From Octopus vulgaris (Eukaryota), in the NCBI GenBank assembly GCA_951406725.2, contig OX597828.1, forward strand, positions 56,854,001-56,918,000: 64,000 bases of DNA, written 5' to 3'. The notes beneath the pieces are model-generated. The model was not told where the DNA came from. It was given only the letters and a program-made list of their open reading frames with translations, and ran no database searches. Positions 1 through 15,190 of this stretch are shown here, in pieces; the first letter of the stretch is position 1; every line of letters starts with the position of its first letter. The translations under genes and the position numbers were made by a program.

Positions 1-1090
1 GTAATGTCTCCCAGATAAACGATGTGATTCTTCATAATCTTTTGTTCTTGAACATTTTGCAACCTTTAACACGTATTATGTCTGGGAAAATTATTTACAA
101 ATATGAAATATATCCTTTTATATGATATCACTACTAAATTGACTACAGGAGTCAGAAAAGGTGAAATATATTAAATAATGTATTCTCACTTGGCTGCTGA
201 AGAAATTCAGATCCTGTAGGTTTTTAGAAAGTATGTAGGAGTTTATATATGTTTATGCTGCAATAATTAGCTATATGAAGCAAATTTAAATATTGATTTG
301 TTCCTATGAGGTTTATATGATCATTGCTTATTCTATATTTTCGCACTTCTTGCCAAGAGATAAATAACTTGCAATCTGGTTCACCTCACACAAAAATAAC
401 CACTTTACACTTTAATGTACACTTCTATATTAATGAATATAAATTGTGAAAATTTAGTTAATATATCTGGAAAGTCAACTGGCTACATCAAATCGCTTTC
501 TCGTTTAAGGAACTTTGTAACAGAATGTGTAGTCTTTATGTAACTAAAATATTTGTACTGGTAAATTAAATCTATGTAACTGATGATTTCCAGAGAGAGA
601 GAGAGAGAGAGAGATACATGTTCCATGAAATCAATGGAATTGTTTATTTGCATATTTTAATCTAGATAGTTTGCATTTTGAATTAAAATAATTTTTGTAG
701 TATTCTAAGAGTCAATTAAGATAATTAAGTTTCACATGCAGATATTAAATTTTCATTTCATTGAGTTGTGTTGCAAGTAAAGTAATACAATTTTAGTAAA
801 GCTAAATCAAAAGAGGGTATATGAGGACGTAAAAGAAATTATTGGATAGTCAAACGCTATTTAAACATAACCTCACTTTCACTTAAAATTTATACAAGTA
901 CTAAATTCAATATCTTCACTTAAACTCTTGTAATTTCGAAAGTGGACAGGGACGGCTTGACCCGTACCATTCAAATAAATGCCGTCAACTCAATTAACAA
1001 TTATATCCACACTAATATATATTATTGTTGTTATCCACGATTTAAATCTATAAATATATAGATAACTGTGTGTATGTCTCTCTCTCTCAC

Positions 1091-1156
<66 letters not shown>

Positions 1157-1772
1157 CTATAATAATTATGAATTAATTATGAAATTTTGGATTTGCCATT
1201 TAAAGGATTTTTTTGTTGGCTACCCATATTATTTTTGTTATTATTGATTTTACTAATGATAATAATTAATAATAATATGTATATAAATATGTTCAAATAT
1301 TTATTCATTTAGTAATTTTATTCACAGGCACCGTTTTTTAATTTGGCGCTAGCTTTTCAATGGTTACCAAGCACAACGAATCGAGTAAACTTTTTACCTC
1401 TTGGTATATAGTGAGACCTGCTGCTGAGAATTAAGGAAATTAAACTCTCTAACAGGATATCGATTTCCTCATTATATTGCTTTCTGCCGAGCTGTTAAAT
1501 TGATTTCTTTGCTCGTAGCCCCATTCCTGTTGTAGTTGCTATTTTTTCAGTGATTGGTGGTTTTCTTAGAGGTTTTGTTTTTACTCTGCTTTTACAATAA
1601 TGCTGGCAGCGCGTGAGCTCTAATATGATTATAAATGAATTCTAAAATTTTGGGCTTCACATTTATCAGCCTATATTATTGTTGCTATTATTCATTTCGC
1701 GAATGATAATAATTAATAATATCTATATAAATATCTTCAAATATTTATTCCTTACGTAATTATACACTCGCT

Positions 1773-1851
<79 letters not shown>

Positions 1852-3785
1852 ACCGATGTGTACTGCCTAACCTGTTGGAAGCGTACCGTGATTTACAACT
1901 TTCATTTGCCTTACCACGCAGATCTACAACAGAAATGAGTAGTAATGTGACCTTACATGGATGAAATGTCAGAAATGCGAATAAGAACAATGAAGCAGGA
2001 GTCAACAGTTATCTCTGACGATCGATCAATCAGCATAAATATTATTAGAAAATATAAAAAGTATATTTGGTATTTTAAGATTTATAGTTCAAACACGCAT
2101 TTAATCAAATCACGTGGCAGGATTACAAGATTATTTGTTGACAATTAAACAATCTTATTAAATTAGTTCATCAGTGCTTCGCAAAAAGTACAACGTAGTG
2201 TAAAGTTTTTCAATATAAATTCCCGTAATGTAAATAACTGACACCACGTGAGGAAGCTGGAGCGCGGGGCATCGGGAGAAATTAAACAGATGATATATAA
2301 ATTAAGGTCACAGTCATAGCAGATACATATGCTACAATGATAACACTGATAACCATTTCCATTCATGCATAACAGACACGGTAGGAGGGAACACACAAAC
2401 ACAAAGACGCGTAAACAAGACAATAACAGTATCAATAACCCAAACAAAAGCATCAACCTAAAATCTATTGGCCCTGTATGATAATTTAATTAGAAAATAA
2501 ATAGTTAGCAAATGAAAACATACAGATCAGGTCGTGAGAGGACGTCAGTGTCTGGGACCATATCTTACAAGATGAAGCTCAACATCTTTCTCGGACGGTT
2601 TATGCCGAAGCGATTCAGCATTTTGGTGTGGTGTTCTTAAAGCGTGCAAGACTCGCAGACGTACAGTAACGTAGGCAATAGAATTTATTGGTACACCTTC
2701 AAATTGGTGGTCAGCCTAACGCCGCTTCTCTTCCACACTAACTCAGTAGCTGTCTGAATAATGCCTTTCTCTGGCTGATGTGTGTGGATTTCAGAATTAT
2801 TGTTCTCAGATCTCTCTCTTTATCACACACACACACTCTCTCTTTCTCTCTCTCTCTCTCTTTCCCTCTCTTTCTCTCTCACTGACACACAATATATATA
2901 TGTCTGTGTATGTGTGAGTATGTGTGTGTATGTGAGTTTGTGTGTGTGTGGCTGAGCATTGGTGTGTTGGCTTTCTATAAGTTCGCTACTCCACACACTT
3001 AAATATAAGTAATGTATGGCTTCTCCAAGCCTACTATAATAAATTATGCCAATACTTTCTGTCTATTTATAGGTGAATATATTAGTTCTGTAACCTAAGA
3101 AATTAATGTAGATCCTTTTAAAGGTGAGGTTATTGTCTGAGACCAAGCGATTTAATGAGGAAATATTTTCAGTTAACCTAAGACCTTTAGTCTCAGTCAT
3201 ATACATTTGCATAAATACGCATAGGAAGATACATAATTGTGTGTGTGTGCATATATATCTATATATATATATATCCTTTTACTTGTTTCGGTCATTAGTT
3301 TCAGGTCAAGCTGGAAACCGTCATAAGTGAACTTAGGTTTTTTAATGCCTGGTACTTATTTCAACGTCTCGTTCGCCTACTTGCTATGTTATGGTGACTT
3401 ACAAACACTTTAAGCATGTGTCGGGCGGTGGCGAAAGACAAATGCTCACACGCACAAACATAAATAAATTAGTAAATTGTCTGGGAATATGAATTAAAAG
3501 CATAATCCATTTTAAAATCCAATCTGCTTCATTTCATTTATTTGATGAAATTTATAGAGCATTGTTTAACAAATTGAGTGTGGTGTTATTTCTTTATATA
3601 CATATGGCTTCTGTCAATTCTCTTTTAACAATTCAGCTCACAAATACTTGGCCAACCCGCGGCAATAGAAGACATATGGCTGAGATGTCCGAAACCATGA
3701 CTCCGGGATGCAAACTTCTAAACATACAGCTACAACTGCGCCTTCTAAATATATGTATGTATATATGTATGTGCCTCTGTCTGTG

Positions 3786-3845
<60 letters not shown>

Positions 3846-4048
3846 TAATCCAAACAAGAAAACAAAAAAGACAACAACGCGAGGAGGTGGAACAATTAAA
3901 GTATTATTAGGCGCACAGGAAAAAAGGGAAGAAGGAGGGTATGACGTTTCGAGCGGAGCTCTTCGTCGGAAATATAGAAAGAAAGATCCCGAGGTGGGAG
4001 GACAGAGGGAAAACAAATGCAAGTGGTCTTCACGAGGTCAACATACTA

Positions 4049-4082
<34 letters not shown>

Positions 4083-4112
4083 ATGTGTGTGTACACACAT
4101 ACACACACACAC

Positions 4113-4500
4113 AGAAGTAGCTTTGTGGTAATAAGCTTACTTCGAAACCACATGGATCTGGTTCAATCTCTTCGCGTGGCACATTGAGAAAGTATCTTTT
4201 ACTATACCCGCGACCCTGCCAAAGCCTTGTGAATGGATTTGGTAGATGGAAACGGATAGAAACACGTTGATATATCTGTGTGTGTGTGTAAGTCTGTGTC
4301 TGTTTTCGTCCCCTCACCAACGCTTGACAACAGATGTCGGTGTGTTTACGACCCGGTAAGTTAGCGGCTTGGTCACAGAGACACATAGAATAAATACTAG
4401 GCTTATAAAGAATATGTCCTGGGGTCAAGTCGTTCGACTAAAGGCGGTGCTCCAGCATGGCCACAGTCATATGACTGAAACAAGCAAGATAATAAAAGAA
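4113..4500 (+). mobile_element. tRNA-type SINE (head, conserved body, LINE-like tail)
   Basis: Head TGTGGTAA...GGTTCAATC; body CCAAAGCCTTGTGA-TGGATTTGGTAGA; tail GGCGGTGCTCCAGCATGGCC. Relatives at 11317-11400, 12268-12630, 39630-39795, 44465-44690, 47693-47860, 48100-48300, 53300-53462 and 61602-61765. Confidence 0.8.
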
Positions 4501-4577
4501 TATATATATATACACACACACACATACACACATATATATATATATACATATATACATACATACACACACACACACAT

Positions 4578-4622
<45 letters not shown>

Positions 4623-6180
4623 CAGTGACATCCTCAGTCTAGAGGTTAACATAGTCTTCATTTTAGAATATATAATAGTATGAATTCGATAACCCCAATC
4701 ATTATTTCTCTTATCTAGTTATTCAAAACCAGTTACTCAGATATTATCGGATTAATTTCGAATAGTAAGTAGATAATTTTAGCTGATAACATTTTGTACA
4801 TCGATTTATTGCACTACTTTATTATCTCACCATTTTAAAACGGAAACTATTCTTTAAAACAGAAGCGTATATAATTTAATTTTCGCTAAGCGCTGACAAT
4901 AAAATAAAGAATTTTAGGCATTTTTCTGAATTGACAAACAGTATGCAATTCGATGAGTTTATCTAATCTTTTTTCATGAAAATATAATATGTGTGAAAGT
5001 ATGTAGGTGGGTGGGTGTTTGTGCGCATGTACATATATATATATATATATATGAATATGGTACTTAAGTTGAGGCACAAGAATTTAGTACGGTATTATCC
5101 ATACAATTTCAAAGTAAAGTGATTAAAATCAAGATAAACAAGGATATCCAGAAGTAATGCAGTACGATCGTTTCATGCAACTCCATTTAATTGAACAATG
5201 CAATCATTTCGTCAATTTAAAATGTAGAGCAATTTTCAGCTGTACATACATAGAATTTAATTGAATTAGAAAAGATGGACACATTAGTATAATTATAACT
5301 AAAATCTCCAAGAAGTTAAGGAGCTAGACAAAGAACATGCTGCTTCTACTTCAGCACAAAAGTTACTAAAATTATCAAGACTCTCCTTGCCACTGATTTT
5401 TTGTCTTTATGGGGTCAGTCTTAATTTATAGACTAGTTTATCAAATCCCTTTTATATCTAAGGCTGAGAGAACAGAGGGCAGTATCTGTTAGAGGTAGTA
5501 GACAGACATTCTAGTTGGTATATTAAAAAAAAATCAAGATTTATTATAAGGAATATCATGAGGCTTAGTAGGGGAAAACTTAAAATACGATGTTAGCTGA
5601 TGATTAATGGGGTCGCCCTGTAGCAGGCTATTGATAATGAAACAGGGGAAGTCTTATCATAAGGTACTATAGTTAAATATCTTAAACAATATTGCTATGT
5701 AAACACTTAAAGTTTAGGGTCATTCAAGGGATTATTAAGAAGAATATTATAACAAAAGGATAGAAATTTATGAATACTTTTGAGTATATAGAAAACTTCT
5801 TACCACAATAGAGGGAGGAAAATAAATTATCCAGAAATAGTTTAATATTTATACATATTGTATACTTAAATACTAACCCATGAGATGGTCTCTGTGAATA
5901 TTGATTTATTGGTATATAGTGGTATCAATAAAGAAATATTGGGGTAAAGGAACATGCTAATTATATATTCAAAAATTTTTTAACTAAGCCGTATATTTTT
6001 TTTTATAACTACTGGATGTACCAGTATAGTTTTATATAAGCTAAGTATGAATTTATAGAGATACAGAATTAGATTAATTATATAAATAAAGGCTGATTAT
6101 AGAAAAATAAAGAAATAAATAAAATAATCACTTAGGGCAAGGAAATAAAATAGCTTCATTACTAATACTATAGTAAAGTA

Positions 6181-6893
6181 TAAGTTAAGTTAAGTTAATT
6201 ATTTGGCTCAAAAAGCAAAAAGCAAGGCCATGTAGGGGGACATGGAATTATGTACAGGGTGGTGTTCATGCAAAGAGTTCAGGCCATTTGTGGTCAAGGG
6301 AAACTTTGAACCGAGCGGTCGTCGGCATCTTCACTATCTCGTCCGGCAGCTTATTCCACGGATCCGCAACCCGGACGGAGAGAGCCCCTCTCCTTCGATT
6401 GAGATGAAATCGTCGCAGATAGAGCTTTCCAGAGTGACCCCGCAGCAGACGCTCTGGAGCAGGAGTAAAGAACAGCTCTTTCCAGAGGTTATACTTTCCG
6501 CTTATGATGTTGTGAGCAAGAATGAGATCACCACGGCGTCGTCGTTTTTCTAGAGAATAAAGGTCGAGCGTCTTCAGCCTTTCTTCATCAGACAAATGCT
6601 TGAGACCAAGAACCGTGCGGGTAGCCAGGTTCTGGACTCTTTCGAGATGCTGTATGTCTTTGAGGAGATAAGGACAAGAGGCTTGAATCCCGTACTCCAA
6701 TATGGGTCTCACCAGCGTGACATAGAGCGGTAGGAATATTGCTGCTGTGAGCATTCCGAATGACCGTCGAATCAAAAACAGAGCTCCGCGTGCTTTGTTG
6801 GCAGCAAGGACGCACTGGGCCGAAGGCGAAAAGGAAGAATCCACCAAGATTCCTAGATCCTTTACCTGGTCGTATATATAGCTTGTTAACACC
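6181..6893 (-). mobile_element. 5'-truncated CR1/L2-type LINE (C-terminal part of ORF2 plus short-repeat tail)
   Basis: ORF 6266-6892 has VKDLGILVD, YVTLVRPILEYG, LERVQ, LYSLEKRRRRGDLI, LRGHS and RVADPWNKLP; (AACTT)n-like tail at about 6181-6198; GC-rich island inside an AT-rich block. Confidence 0.9.
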
Positions 6894-9053
6894 AGTAGAG
6901 ACGATTTTTAGAAAAAGTATAATAATACAAAATATATTAGACTAAAAATGATATATTTACTTATTTAGCTATTATCAATAAAAGACTGATGTTTGGTACC
7001 GGCTAAAGGAATATTCAAGTTATGGAGCAATAATATTTTACACTAATTATTTTTTTTTTTTAATTAAGGTTTATGTTATAGGTTTAAGAAGTTATTATTG
7101 TTACTCGCTATATGATATTTATAGTTTCTTAGTGATATTTTTTTAGAAGGGTTATTTATATAGAGACACTTATAAATACTAAGTTCAGGAGGGTAGAGCC
7201 ATTTAAGAAAGAGCTAACTCATGTAATTTCTAACGATCATTTCAAACAATATTGTCTTATTTTATAAAATTAAAATTTAAGGTAATCAAGAAGATAATTA
7301 AGAATGAAATTTTAACAAAAGGATAAAAGTTCTTTGGATATTTTGAATTTATACCAAAATGTTTTTCACAATAGAGGGGGGAAAAGAAAATTCCAAAGAA
7401 AGAGTTTAATATTTATTTACTTATTACTTATCTAAATATTAACTTATTTTTAAAATATTAAAATATTGTTTCTATGGAGATTGATCAAATGAGTTTAACT
7501 GGTATTTAGTAAAGGGGAGGCAACTGAGGTTAAAGAGTCAACTATAAACTGATTTAATTTAAATTTAACTATTTTAATTTATAAAGATACCGGTATTACC
7601 TTATATAAGTTGTGTATGAAATTAATAGGGGTACAAGGATTAGATTTATTTAAGGCTACTATAAAATAACAAAAATAACAATAACAAAAATGATCTGTTA
7701 GAGTAGAGCATCATGGAAAAGGATTAAAAACAGCCTAAACTCTAAGAACCATAAAATATCCATACCATTTTCACTCCAATATCAAGTATTTATAGAAAAT
7801 GTATAATAATTTATGAGCTAAACCGGGTTGAAAAAATAATTGTTGTTAAAAGGAAATGCTAATCATATACTAATTTTAAATTAAGAGGTATAAAAAAAAA
7901 GATTTCAAAAGTTATTTGTGCAAATCCATAAATGATATTGCAGTTTCTTGGTCCTACCTAATTAGAAGGGTTGTTTGTAGAAAGCCAATATAAATACCAA
8001 TATTAAAACTATTTTAAGCAACAAGTCATTATTGTATAAAGTTAAAATTTAGGGTTACAAGGAAGATTTATCATTTAGGTGAGAGAACAAATTTTCTATA
8101 AGTTAGTTAAATTATAATTTAGGCAGTTTAATTTAAAATTTTGAAGATACTATATTGTTTTTTATACTCTAAGTATAGATCTTTATGTTTTATACATGTA
8201 ATTATAAAGTATTAAAATTATCGGGAAGTGTAGAAACATCATAGAAAAGGATATAAATAGCATAATCACTAAAATCATGATGAAGTATATATACAACTTA
8301 GTAACCTCAATAGAGAAGATTTATAGAGAAAATCTAATAATTCAAGTATCTAAAATTAAAAGTTGTTTCTTTAATTAGCTTGTGTCTTTAATCACTGATA
8401 CCAACTTAAAGAAAACTTAATGCTGTAGTGAATTCTCCAATGCACTGATTTTCAACTAAGAGGTATATTATAAGTTTTAAAACTTAAGATCAATAAAGTG
8501 CTACTTTCTAATATATTTGAAGGTACAGGTTGTACTATGTACACATGATAGCCTAAGGGCTAATCAATTATTAATCAAGTTGTCATTACCTTTATGTTTG
8601 AAACTTTTATCTGTCTCCATATCTCAGAGACATTTCTGCTATTTGTATAAGGCTGAGCGTTCCTTATCATTTCCCATTTCAGGCTAAACTCAATTCCAAT
8701 TTCTTTCAATTCTCAAATCTTACTGGATAATGACGTACAATTCGCTTTGCATTACCTCTGTGTATGTTCGTTGGTTATTTTCATATTTATATATGCATAT
8801 AAGTATATATACACATGTATATATGTATGTGTATCTGTGTGTGTTTCTGTGTTTGTCAGTATTTGTGTGTGTGTTTGTGTGTGTATGTGTACCTCAACTG
8901 ATTCAGATGTAAATTCCGTAATCTCCATTTTCCCTGAAGATATTTGAATCACAATCTTAACAAAAATGCTAAATTATTTTATGATATATGCATCGAGCGT
9001 AAATTAAACCATTGTAGGCAATGTTATTTAATTAAAAATTAATTTATATCCCT

Positions 9054-10620
<1,567 letters not shown>

Positions 10621-10625
10621 CTATT

Positions 10626-10690
<65 letters not shown>

Positions 10691-10770
10691 GTAGGATAAA
10701 CATTTTTCGAAAAAAAATTTATCAATGGCCAGCTTATTAAAAAATACCTTTTCAAGGTTAAATTTATAAC

Positions 10771-11028
<258 letters not shown>

Positions 11029-12118
11029 GTATGTATGTATATAAAGAATACATACATACATATATAGATATATATAGAACATGTACAAAACTTGTAATAT
11101 AAACTTTGTGTACGAACTCTGTTTGCAGAGAAAGGAAGGGTGAAAGGAAAATCAGATGTAGTCAGCAAATAATATGGGTGAATATGGACTGCTAGCGTAA
11201 TATGGATTGTAGTGAATTGCCGTCAAAAGTCTAGATGTGTAGGAATGTGTGCAGTAGGAGATAGCAAATGCGCATATGTGTGCGCGTGTGTGTGTGTATG
11301 TGTATGTGTGTGCACAGGTGCAGGTGTGGCTGTGTGGTAAGAAGCTACCTTCGCAATCACATTGTTCAGTATTATGCCCCACAGCTGTAACAACTTGAGC
11401 AAAGTATGTGGTGAAGCGGTTACCTGAATCCAGATTATAATTATGTGGATAATTTTACCTAAAAAGTTTATTTTAACGTACCGATCTAGTTGGTAAAATT
11501 GTTAATAAATTGATTGATTAATTAATCAATTAATTAATTAATTAATTAATTTAATTAATATATTTTACCCTTCTATTATCAATTTAAAATTATAATTTTC
11601 TCCATGATAGCATACTGCTGTTTTCTGCGGTATTGCTCGTAGCATACACGTTGGTATGGAGTTTGAATAGTGTAAATTTTGAAAGTATTGGTTGAATATC
11701 TGCTACATGATGACGCTCGATTGTGTGCATACTCAGTTATAGCACTTTCAAATTTTATAAAAAATTGGGAAAAGAGAAGTAGGTAAAATTCAAATTACTA
11801 TAATCTCGAAACGCGTATATAATTAATCCTGATCGTGTCGATTCATTGTTTTTCTTTTTGCCTTCGTAAAAAAGTATGTTTACCGTCATGAAGATACTTA
11901 CAGTAGCAGAAAAGGAATGTTTAACTCCTGTTTCTAATTTCGGTATGTGGTGAAGCAGTTAGCTGAGCCCTAATTATACTTATGCGGATAATTTTACTTA
12001 TAACGGTTATTTTTAACATACCGAACTACTTGTGGTAAAATTGTTAATTAATTAATTAATTAATTTAATTTAATAAATTTTACCCTTCTATTATTAATCT
12101 AAAATTATATATATATAA

Positions 12119-12207
<89 letters not shown>

Positions 12208-12211
12208 TATA

Positions 12212-12263
<52 letters not shown>

Positions 12264-13869
12264 ATATACACGACGGACTTCTTTCAGTTTCCGTGTAAAA
12301 ATCCTTTTTCGTTGGCCCGAAGCTCTAGTTGAAGACACCTGGCCATGATGCAACGCAGTGGGACTGAACCCTGAACCATGTGATTGCGAACTATGTCTCT
12401 TACGTCACATCCACGCCTATATATCTATGTGCGTATGTCTTTATGTCTGTGTTTGTCCTCCAGCACCGCTTGACAACCGGTATTCGTGTGCTTACGTCCC
12501 CGTAACTTGCGGTTCGGCAAAAGAATCGATAGAATAAATACTTTGATTTAAAAACGTAAGTCCTGTGTTCGATTTGTTCGACTAAAACCCTCAAAGGTGG
12601 TGGCTTTTTCTGGCTGTAAACTGAAACATGTACAAGATATATACGTATATTCTAAAAAGAATAGATTTCGGCACATATGTAGTGTAATATGAACGTGCAC
12701 CAAGGAGAATAAATGAAAAGTTTGTTAATTTTATTAATGATAATTTATTCAGTGGGTGAGATTTCGTGAAGTCAGTTTTTCTGAAGCAATGTGAATGTTG
12801 CAAAAAATGTAAAAGGTATGAAGTTAATATTTTGTTGTTGCTTTCCCAATATATCTTTCAACTCAGTAGTTTCATTTCAATAATTATTAAAAAGTAGGAA
12901 TTTTATATAACATCGAAGAGAAACACTTCCTATACTTCGAATTATACAAAACTGACGTTCTGAAACAGTATAACGCATCTTACATTTATTAGCGTCCTCC
13001 TGAGAAAATAAGCAACACGGAAACACAGAAATGTGGGGAGGAGGTAGAAAGGCAAGTAAAGCAGATGGTCTATGCATTGTGTCGAAATGCAACTCAGAAA
13101 TTTTAATCTAGATTTTTATTCTAACTTATATTTTTAAAACTGGATTGTGTTGCGTGCATATATCAATGTAGTACGTCCAAATTGCTAAGGCGTTTGCACC
13201 GAAACAACTTTGCCCCAGGTTTCATCCCACAGCTTGCCAGTTTGTATTTTTTGTTTTACTATAGCTTACGATGTCCCCAAACATTTTTTTAAATTGATAT
13301 CACGGAAGATGTAAGGCAAGGGTACGCGTGGACATGGTCAGTGATATACAGGTCTATGCAATTGAGTAGACAGTTCAATTGATCGATCAGCTCAATGGCA
13401 CTTGATCCGATCAACGGAACAACCTACCCGTGACCACTCAACGAAACAATCTACCCTTTATGTACCCTTTATGTAGTTGTCAAGACGATTCGACGTAACG
13501 GAGTACGTGACGATGCTGGCTCTTTGAAAAACATGTACTACTCATGGTCTCCAGCTAGGGAAACGTGAAATAAAATGCCTAGCTGCAACGGGCAATATTA
13601 GCTGGATACACATCGGCGAAAACAACCGAGATCTCTTTTTTATTTTTGCATTTTCCTATTGCATAACGATTTAGCTTCTAGATACGAAACCTGTCGCCTT
13701 CCGGGCAACCTATGTATAGATGGCCAACCGTAAGAATAGTTTTCAATTCATATAGATTGTCTCAGATTTCCAACAATATACACTTTTCTCACACTTTCTG
13801 TGATGTATCGCATGATGTGTAGCTTGTTATTGATAGGTCTATTTGGTAAGGTGAGTATATGTGCCTCAC

Positions 13870-15190
13870 TTTTGCAGAATATCGGGGACAAGCACTAACC
13901 CTGTAGGTTTAGTGCTTGTCCCCGAATTACTCGTAATTCTAAACTCACGCATACTAAATTTGTTAAAAGTATTCCCCTTTTCCGAGTCCTTTCTCACAGA
14001 TACCACAGCACTTTTCCCCAGAGAACTTCACAGCTCTACTTCCAGTCGTAGTACACATTTTCTAAGGAAACCTAGGATATCTCTGGCATAGAATGATAAT
14101 TCTAATGGGGTGAGGGCGATCGTTCAAAGCCGGTAAAATATTGCTCCTACAAACAGATTGTCAGTTTCAGTTGGTTTTTCACACAAATCCACATCATTGT
14201 GTGAGAGCCGGGTTGTTGATGCTGTTGTGGTAGTACATCTTAATTGACGTTACTGCTTGTCTTATTGCTGTTGTGAAACAAGATCCGTCACTAATGAGGA
14301 CATTCTCCTTCACTTTGCTGTGCGCAGAATTTGTTTCTGCGAATACGTAGATGATTTCTCCCATTCGAGATGAAAACTGTTGCAGTATATTTAAGGATAA
14401 CGTTCATCCAAACATATTTATATGTTGAGCATTTTTAAAACTCTATGGTGAAGAATAATCTATCTTGCCGTTCTAACCTATTTCTTTACTACCCACAAGG
14501 GGCTTAAACACAGAGGGGACAAACAAGGACAGACAAACGGATTAAGTCGATTACATCGATCCCAGTGCATAACTGGTACTTAATTTATCGAACCTGAAAG
14601 GATGAAATTTAAAGTCGACCTCGGCGGTATTTGAACTCAGAACGTAACGGCAGACAAAACACGGCCACGCATTTCGCCCGGCATGCTAACGTTTCTGCCA
14701 GCTCGCCGCCTTTAACGCTTCTACCAGCTTGCCGTTCTAACCGCCTTCGCGGAGCTGATGACACTATGCTAACAACAGTATTGTCACTATTAATGGGGTT
14801 CATGTTAAAGGTGATGGCAGTGGTGGCGTAGGCATTATCTGCAGGTGTGTTGCTACTGCTGTTAGCTAACTTTTGTTTAATTTTTTCTCATAATCATAAT
14901 GAACATACTTCTTCATATCGCTCTTCCTGGTTTTGTTTCTTTAGCTTTCTCGTCGTCAAATTCATTGTTGTTCCTGTTGCTGCTGCTGATTAAAGTTGCT
15001 GTTTTTGATGCAGGTGATAGCATTATCGCATTCGATCATTTCGTTTTTCTTTGTTGTTGTTCTTGGCTATATAAACAGAGGTTGTGGTGTACTTATTTGG
15101 TGTAAAAGAAGAAGAACGAGGAGTTGAAAATTCTGTTCTAATTAATGCTTACGTCTCTCCGACATCTTGTCTTAAACTTCGACACCATAT
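13870..15190 (-). pseudogene. Possible decayed coding sequence of an unidentified low-complexity protein, split by a SINE
   Basis: Removing the SINE and one TSD copy gives a continuous frame ...EKIKQKLANSSSNTPADNAYATTAITFNMNPINSDNTVVSIVSSAPRRRLERQDRLFF..., with scattered stops elsewhere. Confidence 0.35.
14479..14727 (-). mobile_element. SINE insertion with 15-bp target-site duplication
   Basis: CTTGCCGTTCTAACC at 14464-14478 and 14728-14742; body (AAAGTCGACCTCGGCGG-ATTTGAACTCAGAACGTAA) shared with 16916-17035, 17280-17490, 28445-28600 and 63040-63195. Confidence 0.85.

Noticed and set aside
5720-6160. Degenerate CR pseudogene (minus-strand YPNI and FYPF words)
   Set aside because: Motif spacing does not match the intact CR, the Cys-loop cysteines are absent and the repeat period is shorter than a CR CDS.
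5250-8740. Mitochondrial insertion (NUMT)
   Set aside because: Composition is mitochondria-like, but I found no cox/cob/nad/atp motif or tRNA in the frames I translated, and the internal 0.85-kb repeat does not fit a mitogenome.
5080-8742. Terminal inverted repeats bounding the AT-rich block
   Set aside because: Only a short gapped match (GTACG-ATTATCCA); the left end is better explained as a Penelope-type terminus.
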